From Nitrososphaerota archaeon (lineage in GTDB: Archaea; Thermoproteota; Nitrososphaeria; Nitrososphaerales; UBA57): a stretch of 32,000 bases of DNA. The stretch lies in NCBI GenBank assembly GCA_016871995.1, contig VHBL01000003.1:1-32000 (forward strand), read 5' to 3'. Below the pieces are notes generated by a model that was not told where the DNA came from, did not search any database, and saw nothing but the letters and a program-made list of their open reading frames with translations. This document shows positions 8,663-15,494 of this stretch, piece by piece (within the stretch, counting starts at the first letter, position 1; each line of letters begins with the position of its first letter). The position numbers were made by a program, and so were the translations under genes.

Positions 8663-10362
8663 AGAAAGCATTATTAATATTGGCGCTCTTGCTAATTCCT
8701 CTACTTCCTCTCCAATTGGCTGAAGGTGCCAACCCACCTTTCAAGTTCAAAGTTGGGTACTCTGCTGAGAAGATGTTCGATGCTACCACAGGCGTTCCTG
8801 TTTTTATCGCGGGAGAGACCATTTGGATTTATCCCGGAGAGCCGATAATAGTAAGCATTTCCAGGCCAGATGGGCGACCTGCAGCCGCTGTACCATTGGG
8901 TGAGCATCCATACCCCCTGTACACTTTCAAGGACACAGATATACTTGGGACATGGCTTTTAAGAATAGAATCCAGAGCCGGGCAATTCACCTTTCCAGTA
9001 GAATTTGTTCAGCAGTCCATAAAGCCTGATGGACACGAAGCAAAGTTCTCACTAGAAGAAGATTCGCTAGGAATAAAAGGCATAATTAGCTTCAGCCCAC
9101 CAGAAATTCCCTCATCAACGGAAGTCATACTTGTCAGAAAGAGCAGAAATGAGTCATTGGTAAATATTGCTACCAACGTAACGATAGGAGGTTCGCAGGT
9201 AGTTCTTCAGATAACCAAGGGAGAAGGAGCTGTTACTACATTGAGAGTCTCTCCTTATGCTCCCATAGGAGGAGTTGATTACGAGGCTGATGTTGCAAAT
9301 GGACCCGTGTTTACTACATGGGCCGACATAATCATGGAGATTCCTCTTACAAAGAGGACAGGTCGCTCGCTGATAGTAACCTACGTAGACGATGCGATAG
9401 CAAGAACTCCTAAGGTAGCTACACAGCTACCCGGTCAACCAGAGAATACTCTAGCTCTGAGAATCTCTCCAAGGGGAACAGCCGAAGATTCCGCAACGGT
9501 GCCTACAAAATATGGAAGGGCTACATTAAACGTATACATGCAACAGGGAGCTACGATAAATATCGTCAAGATTCCACTAGTGATACTACCGGGCAGGGTG
9601 GTCATACAACCTGCAGCGACATCTTCTGCAGCACCATTTGCACAACCTCTTCCATATGAATTCCTTGACCCTCTTGGCGACCTTTCTGCTTATGACATAA
9701 TATTGGCTACCAAGATAAACGGTCTTGACAATGTTTGGAGCACTAGTATAACTCCTCCTCTAGCTTCTCTTAAAGTTACAAACACTATAGGCGGAGAAGC
9801 AGTTTCTAACTATGACGTAAATTTCACATCTGGCGTTATTCAGAAGACAAAGGTTGGTGAGACAACATTCGTCCTACTACGGGAAAGAAGAGTTACAACA
9901 TCTTACAACCTTGCTATTGATGGAATTCTTCAAAAGGAAGGTGAATTCCAGCCTGCAACAGTAACGCTTTCACAGCTCTCGGAGGTTTCGGTATTTGCCA
10001 GCCAGGGAAAAGTCCAATTTACTATCATGGGAAGCTTAGGCATACCTGCACCAGCAGGCAACATCACAGTATACAAAGTAACGGGAAACTCGTTTGCCGT
10101 AGTAAAGGAACTCATCTGGCCTGGCGGGGGTTCTGTTAGTACAACTCTTCCCCAAGGAACTTACAGGGCCACCGCTAAAGTTCTGGAAATCCAGCAGTCT
10201 AAAGATTTTGAAGTCAAACAGCCCATCACTTCGGTAGACATCCAGATGCAAAACCTATTCACTAGAGATGAGTTTAACTTGGTTGGCGCCTCTTTGGTGA
10301 TAATGTCTTCAGAGATTGTGTTTGCGATACTGGTCTGGAGAAGAGCACTAAGGTCTAAGTAG
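8659..10362 (+). CDS. Large exported protein with signal peptide and a C-terminal TM anchor plus basic tail
   Basis: Signal MKKALLILALLLIPLLPLQLAEGA. Beta-rich body (TLPQGTYRATAKV). C-terminus is DEFNLVGASLVIMSSEIVFAILVWRRALRSK. Confidence 0.75.
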   Translation: MKKALLILALLLIPLLPLQLAEGANPPFKFKVGYSAEKMFDATTGVPVFIAGETIWIYPGEPIIVSISRPDGRPAAAVPLGEHPYPLYTFKDTDILGTWLLRIESRAGQFTFPVEFVQQSIKPDGHEAKFSLEEDSLGIKGIISFSPPEIPSSTEVILVRKSRNESLVNIATNVTIGGSQVVLQITKGEGAVTTLRVSPYAPIGGVDYEADVANGPVFTTWADIIMEIPLTKRTGRSLIVTYVDDAIARTPKVATQLPGQPENTLALRISPRGTAEDSATVPTKYGRATLNVYMQQGATINIVKIPLVILPGRVVIQPAATSSAAPFAQPLPYEFLDPLGDLSAYDIILATKINGLDNVWSTSITPPLASLKVTNTIGGEAVSNYDVNFTSGVIQKTKVGETTFVLLRERRVTTSYNLAIDGILQKEGEFQPATVTLSQLSEVSVFASQGKVQFTIMGSLGIPAPAGNITVYKVTGNSFAVVKELIWPGGGSVSTTLPQGTYRATAKVLEIQQSKDFEVKQPITSVDIQMQNLFTRDEFNLVGASLVIMSSEIVFAILVWRRALRSK

Positions 10363-10891
10363 TGAGAATCTCTTCTTTCTTTATAGGAACTTGTTGCTTT
10401 GATCGCAGATAAAGCACGGCTGCAAAACCTAGCACCCACAGCATGCCGAAGAATATGCTTGCAAGGTTAAGGAAATGGTACCCTGCAGCCTCGCCTAATT
10501 GCTCTCCAAGAGTCCGTATTTTTCCTCTCAAAGTGTCCATGCCTATTTGATAAGCCTCCTGCTCCCTAGACAATCCTCCAATAGCTCTTGCCAAGTCTAT
10601 CAAGCCAGTCATATCATTCTGTATGAGCCCAAAATCCGTCCTTGTGGTTGGGAACCACCAGACAGGGTTGCCTGATTGTGGAATTAACACTCTTGATTTT
10701 TGAAGCGCATCGGCCATCAGGTCTGGAGTTGGTGCAGTTTCAGCCCTGCTTAGAAATGCCTTGGCGCTGTCTATAGAATAATATGATTCTAGGTAGTGAT
10801 TGTACACTAGGACGGCTCCAACTACGATGAACACCAGTAATATTGCGTTGTAGACTTTCTGGCTCAAATCTCGACTGGCAATCCATAGCAC
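10355..10891 (-). CDS. Bitopic membrane protein (TM at both ends, helical middle); last gene of the sortase/GT2 operon
   Basis: GTG start abuts the GT2 stop (TAA|GTG). N-terminal helix ILLVFIVVGAVLVY and C-terminal helix IFFGMLWVLGFAAVLYL. Confidence 0.6.
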   Translation of the reverse strand: MLWIASRDLSQKVYNAILLVFIVVGAVLVYNHYLESYYSIDSAKAFLSRAETAPTPDLMADALQKSRVLIPQSGNPVWWFPTTRTDFGLIQNDMTGLIDLARAIGGLSREQEAYQIGMDTLRGKIRTLGEQLGEAAGYHFLNLASIFFGMLWVLGFAAVLYLRSKQQVPIKKEEILTT

Positions 10892-12337
10892 TTATGCCTT
10901 ATATGCAATTCCTGTCTTAGTTGAATGAGCTATCGTCAGAACTGCCACGTAGGTAAATCCAAGAGTCAGAAGGACGATATACGGAATGACGAAGAAGTTT
11001 CCCGTTATTATGGCTACCATGAAGGCATAGACACCGTACAGTGCCAGTGCTATTTCCGCCAATGTGGTTTTTGTGAACGGGAGGACGTACTTCTTGTCTT
11101 TCCAAGTGTCAGTATTCTTTACTATTCCAAACTTTGGCGTTCGCAGGAACTCGCTCGGCTTTTTGATCAGACCCTCTACCACCGCCCTCGAATTGTTGAC
11201 CGATATTCCTGCTCCAAACAATAGCAGGTAGAAATAGTTGGATAGTTTTAGAGGCCATTTATTGCCGTAAATCTTCCAGAGCGAGTATGTGAATATTGGA
11301 GGGCTGATAACTAGCGTTGCGACCAAGCCAGTTTGGGCAGCAATTTCATAACGTCCTAGCATAAGAGCGGGAAGGATTAGCAGGTGTGCAATTACCAGAG
11401 GGTGTACGATGTGCCTGGTCAGCTGTACGAAAGCTTGAACCTTCGTAATGTATGGAACTCTTGCTGTTAGTATCTGTTTTAGCAATCTTCTTGCGCACTG
11501 AATTGAACCTTTGGCCCATCTGAACTGCTGCCTTTTTGAAGCGTTTATCTGGACAGGTAATTCTGCAGGGCACGAGACATTGTGCAGGAAGACCAACTTC
11601 CATCCTCTTAGCTGAGCCCTGAAGCTCAAGTCCAAGTCTTCTGCGAGCGAGTCTCTCCACCCTCCAGAATCAACTATGCATTCTTTCCTCCACATCCCCG
11701 CAGTGCCGTTAAAATTCATGAAGAGTGCTGAGTTGCTCTTTCCTTTCTGTTCTACTAGAAAATGCGTGTCAAGATTTATCGACTGAGCCTTAGTGAGTGT
11801 CGAATAGCTCTCGTTAAGGTGCCCCCATTTGACCTGAACCATTCCTATCGATTTAGATGAAAAGTATGGAAGAATGTCGAGCAAGAAATTCTGATGGGGA
11901 ATAAAATCAGCATCGAATATCGCAATAAAATCTCCTCTGGCATCGTTCAGTCCGTATTGAAGGGCCCCAGCTTTGTACGCTATTCTGTTCTCTCTGGTCA
12001 GAACCCTGATAGCAAAACCCTGTTTTATGAACTGCTCAGCCACTGACTTTGTTATCTCCCTTGTCGAATCTGTTGAATCGTCAAGAACCTGCACCTCCAT
12101 TCTGTCCTTAGGGTAATTCAGCCTGCAGACTGCCTGAATTAGCCTGTTTACAACATACTGCTCATTGTAAATCGGGAGCTGAATCGTGACAAATGGGAAT
12201 TTGTCAAGAGGAACCTTCTTTGGAGGATTGCCATTCTTAACGGAGCGATAAAGGAGATAGTACACATTGGCTCCGTAGAATAGCATTATCCACGAAATTG
12301 CAATGTAAACTAGATACAATAAATCGCTTGGAGCCAT
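10892..12337 (-). CDS. Processive family-2 glycosyltransferase, cellulose-synthase/CslA-like beta-glycan synthase
   Basis: PIYNE...VLDDSTD, FDADF (DxD), LAEDLDLS (TED-like) and RQQFRWAKG (QxxRW), flanked by N- and C-terminal TM helices. Confidence 0.9.
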   Translation of the reverse strand: MAPSDLLYLVYIAISWIMLFYGANVYYLLYRSVKNGNPPKKVPLDKFPFVTIQLPIYNEQYVVNRLIQAVCRLNYPKDRMEVQVLDDSTDSTREITKSVAEQFIKQGFAIRVLTRENRIAYKAGALQYGLNDARGDFIAIFDADFIPHQNFLLDILPYFSSKSIGMVQVKWGHLNESYSTLTKAQSINLDTHFLVEQKGKSNSALFMNFNGTAGMWRKECIVDSGGWRDSLAEDLDLSFRAQLRGWKLVFLHNVSCPAELPVQINASKRQQFRWAKGSIQCARRLLKQILTARVPYITKVQAFVQLTRHIVHPLVIAHLLILPALMLGRYEIAAQTGLVATLVISPPIFTYSLWKIYGNKWPLKLSNYFYLLLFGAGISVNNSRAVVEGLIKKPSEFLRTPKFGIVKNTDTWKDKKYVLPFTKTTLAEIALALYGVYAFMVAIITGNFFVIPYIVLLTLGFTYVAVLTIAHSTKTGIAYKA

Positions 12338-12340
12338 TCG

Positions 12341-13318
12341 CTAACTGCCTTCAGGGCCTGCAACAGGTTGCAAATTAAACTGTCCTCTTCTTTTGTATAG
12401 TGCAGATTCTATTTTGCCGACTGCAAAAAGAAAAACCACAACCCAAGGCAGAAAGAGCATCTCTCCTGCAACGGCATGAAACTCTTCAAACCTTGCCCTG
12501 TCAGCACTTACAAGAAGGACATAGGAAGCAAGCGAAAATATTCTTACGATGTTGATCAGGAAGGTGCCAAATGCGCCGACTGCAAAATAGATAATCCTTC
12601 TTTTGTTTGTCGTTTTTATCTTGATGAGGAATAGGAACATTATGAGAGAATATATCATTATGCTGTGAACTCCTGCTGAAGGCCAGAATACTGAAATCGA
12701 AAACGTGCCATGCATGCCATCAAGAACCATAGTATTGTTCGAAACCGCAACAGAGCCAAGGTTTAATGCGATTATCATTGCGGAGACGCTCCACAGAATT
12801 ATTGGCACAATGGCTTGCAAAGGGCCTAAAGTGTCAAATGGAAAGAAAGCATCTAACGTCAGTATTAGAGCCATCCCAAGAAGATAGACGTTTGCCGATG
12901 CAAGAAACCTTATGGCTTTCAACCCGAATACTGTCGGAATCAGGAAAAGGAGAAACAGGAAGAAGATGATGTAATCCCACAACCATATCCAGCTAAAGAC
13001 AAGTGGAATGTTCAGAGCCTTGCCAGCATTTTCAATAGCTGCGTGTAGCGAAAATTCTGCCCCTATCAAATAAACTGATACAGCTGCGCTAAGAGCTATC
13101 GCTGCGATTATTCTAGAACTGTTGATACGGTTTGATAGGGAGTTTTTAGAATCCAGAAATTCCAGTACCACGAAAAACATCGCAAACAAGAATCCTCCTC
13201 TACCCTGATTCCAAGCTGCTAGGAGCGAGTTGTAATCTAGCGCCGTTATTACAAAAAGTGGGATTGCAAGAGAAAGGAAGAAGAGCCTAGCATTTGAATT
13301 GAGCATTAGTCTAGACAT
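12341..13318 (-). CDS. Exosortase/archaeosortase-family polytopic membrane protein, with Ser at the expected Cys position
   Basis: About 8 TM helices. The block ISVFWPSAGVHSIMIY resembles the family's ...C-x-G..S block. NIVRIF follows 45 residues later (conserved Arg), then FHAVAGE. Sits in an operon with the GT2. Confidence 0.7.
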   Translation of the reverse strand: MSRLMLNSNARLFFLSLAIPLFVITALDYNSLLAAWNQGRGGFLFAMFFVVLEFLDSKNSLSNRINSSRIIAAIALSAAVSVYLIGAEFSLHAAIENAGKALNIPLVFSWIWLWDYIIFFLFLLFLIPTVFGLKAIRFLASANVYLLGMALILTLDAFFPFDTLGPLQAIVPIILWSVSAMIIALNLGSVAVSNNTMVLDGMHGTFSISVFWPSAGVHSIMIYSLIMFLFLIKIKTTNKRRIIYFAVGAFGTFLINIVRIFSLASYVLLVSADRARFEEFHAVAGEMLFLPWVVVFLFAVGKIESALYKRRGQFNLQPVAGPEGS

Positions 13319-13319
13319 G

Positions 13320-13793
13320 TCAAGCCTTAGATTTTGCAGGGAGATATGACAGTGAAGAGTTTCCCGAACTGTGTTTCTTGTAAGCCCGCAGGACGTTCTT
13401 TGTATATGATTCTACATCGGCCTTATGAACTTCCTTATCATTAAACCATCTATATTCGCCCAATTCTCTGTTGTCAAGTTTAACATCGCTATTGCTGGCT
13501 CTGCAGAGGAAGTCAAAAAATAGATAATGCATGGGCTTGTAATATTCTTCAGAAAATATGGCTTCCTGCACCAAGAGCAGTTTGATCGGGATGACATCCA
13601 AGCCTGTTTCCTCCTTGACTTCCCTGACAATTGCCTGCTCTGCACTCTCCCCGACTTCTATATGCCCTCCTGGCACTGTCCATTTCTGATGTTTCCACTT
13701 TGGAGACTTTACAAGCAAGATCTTATCGCTGTTGATGATTAATGCACCAACCGTTGGCTCTGGGAACTTCTGCGACATTTGCAATCCATGCAA
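13320..13793 (-). CDS. Nudix hydrolase (likely true start at Met6, 13778)
   Basis: Nudix box GGHIEVGESAEQAIVREVKEETGL. The stop is 1 nt from the archaeosortase ATG. Confidence 0.88.
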   Translation of the reverse strand: MHGLQMSQKFPEPTVGALIINSDKILLVKSPKWKHQKWTVPGGHIEVGESAEQAIVREVKEETGLDVIPIKLLLVQEAIFSEEYYKPMHYLFFDFLCRASNSDVKLDNRELGEYRWFNDKEVHKADVESYTKNVLRAYKKHSSGNSSLSYLPAKSKA

Positions 13794-14082
13794 ATTGCGG
13801 ATATATGAACTGAGTTGCTAGAGCGCCGTTGTATATTGAGTGTTGCATACATACGCATGACTCTCCCGTATGAGGGCACTAAACGCCCTTGTGTGCAAAA
13901 ACTAAGACGGGTGGGGCCTAACATGCGATCAGCTTTCTCTGTCTTAATTGTCTCATGGTGTAGAGTAAGCTTCTGCAACTGTATGAGATCATTGCCGTGT
14001 CATTATTGGCCTCTGATTAGTTGAGTGATAACATATAGCATTGACAAATCCTTATTAGAGTTCCAGCATCAAAGAAGGAAGA

Positions 14083-14394
14083 ATGTCTTCACAGGGCATA
14101 CCTGCAGAGAAGAAGCTGACGTTAGCGGACAGATTGGGATTGATCCAGTTCGATGTTGATTCTCAGCCCTTCATTACAGTCGATACCAATACTTGCAGAA
14201 GCTGTGAAAAGAAACCTTGCTTGTATGTCTGCCCTGCAACTGTGTACACGCTTGAAAATTCCGAACTCGTTTACAATGCTGAAGGCTGCATGGAGATGGG
14301 AGTATGCCAAATTGTTTGTCATAGCATAGGCAAAGGGGCAATAAACTGGAACTATCCCAGAGGGGGAAAGGGAATTTCCTTCAAGTACGGATAA
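14083..14394 (+). CDS. fixX: FixX-type ferredoxin-like protein
   Basis: DRLG...F.VD...HI...CR.C..KPC...CPA..Y... and C.E.G.C..C, about 100 aa, the typical FixX/ETF-QO-associated ferredoxin pattern. Confidence 0.8.
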   Translation: MSSQGIPAEKKLTLADRLGLIQFDVDSQPFITVDTNTCRSCEKKPCLYVCPATVYTLENSELVYNAEGCMEMGVCQIVCHSIGKGAINWNYPRGGKGISFKYG

Positions 14395-14425
14395 CTCTGC
14401 TGAAACAATATTCCAGCTAATAATC

Positions 14426-14440
14426 AAAATTTAATACATA
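14426..14440 (+). promoter_or_regulatory. TATA-like box (aaaatttaatacata) for radA
   Basis: Centred ~28 nt upstream of the ATG at 14461, consistent with a leaderless transcript. Confidence 0.3.
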
Positions 14441-14460
14441 CTCTGCAAGGTCAGTGGGCT

Positions 14461-15462
14461 ATGTCAACAGAGGAGCTTGAGCTCGACAGTTTAGAGGGTG
14501 TCGGACCCGCAACAAAGCAGAAACTACTTGACGCTGGAATTCACACGGTTCTTGACCTTGCGGTTAGAGGGCCTACAGACGTTGCTGATTCTGTAGGCTT
14601 TGATATGGCCCGTGCCATAGAGCTCTGCAACAAGGCCAGAGGCAAACTTGTCGAACTTGGAATATTAGAGAAGGACTTTGTTTCTGCAAGCGAGATTTAC
14701 AAGAGGAGGCAGAACATAGACAGGATAACGACAGGAACAAAGAACCTTGACGAGCTGTTAAGCGGAGGAATTGAAACCCAAGCAGTGACGGAGTTCTACG
14801 GTGAATACGGCTCAGGAAAGACCCAGTTGTGCCATACACTCTGTGTCATGGTGCAACTTCCCAAAGAACTTGGAGGCTTAGATGCTGGTGCTCTATACCT
14901 AGATACAGAGGGTACTTTCAGACCTGAAAGAATTGCAGGTATAGCAAAGGCTAGAGATTTAGATGCAGACCAGACGCTTGAGAGGATTACGGTCGCTAAA
15001 GCCTACAACAGCGCACATCAGGAGCTGATAATTCAGGAACTGGGGAGGGTTCTAGACCAGAATCACATAAAACTGGTCATAGTAGATTCTGCAGTGGCAC
15101 ATTTCAGGGCAGAGTTTTTGGGAAGAGGGACATTGGCAGACAGGCAGCAAAGGCTGAACAGGTTCATGCACCTCTTGGTAAGATATGCTGAAACGAGGAA
15201 CATAGCAGTAGTTGTAACTAATCAGGTTCAGGCACAGCCAGACCAGTTCTTCGGCGACCCGACAAAGGCTACCGGCGGGCACGTGGTTGCTCACACAAGC
15301 ACCTACCGTATATACTTGAGAAGGGCAGGAAAGAACAGGATTGCGAAGATGGTAGACTCGCCATACCACATGGAGAGGGAGATTCCGTTCATACTCAACG
15401 AGAAGGGTGTTGACGACCCAGCAGAGGAAACTGCGCCCAAGAGAAGCAAGCAGAGCGCATAA
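14461..15462 (+). CDS. radA: DNA repair and recombination protein RadA
   Basis: N-terminal HhH (LEGVGPATKQKLLDAG), Walker A GEYGSGKTQ, Walker B KLVIVDS, VVVTNQV. No intein. Confidence 0.95.
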   Translation: MSTEELELDSLEGVGPATKQKLLDAGIHTVLDLAVRGPTDVADSVGFDMARAIELCNKARGKLVELGILEKDFVSASEIYKRRQNIDRITTGTKNLDELLSGGIETQAVTEFYGEYGSGKTQLCHTLCVMVQLPKELGGLDAGALYLDTEGTFRPERIAGIAKARDLDADQTLERITVAKAYNSAHQELIIQELGRVLDQNHIKLVIVDSAVAHFRAEFLGRGTLADRQQRLNRFMHLLVRYAETRNIAVVVTNQVQAQPDQFFGDPTKATGGHVVAHTSTYRIYLRRAGKNRIAKMVDSPYHMEREIPFILNEKGVDDPAEETAPKRSKQSA

Positions 15463-15494
15463 ATTTATAGCAGAGCTAGGATCGGCGTTCAGAA

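Noticed and set aside
13739-14082. 79-aa and 69-aa ORFs, and a possible small RNA, in the 290-bp spacer between the Nudix gene and fixX
   Set aside because: The ORF translations are Cys/Arg-rich and unconvincing. I looked for a tRNA cloverleaf or T-loop (GTTCRAATC), C/D-box pairs (RUGAUGA...CUGA) and strong hairpins. I found only a weak 5-bp stem (agggc-actaaac-gccct).
14083-14394. FixX as evidence for nitrogen fixation
   Set aside because: FixX-type ferredoxins serve ETF-linked electron transfer in many non-diazotrophs, and no nif or fixABC genes are present in the window.
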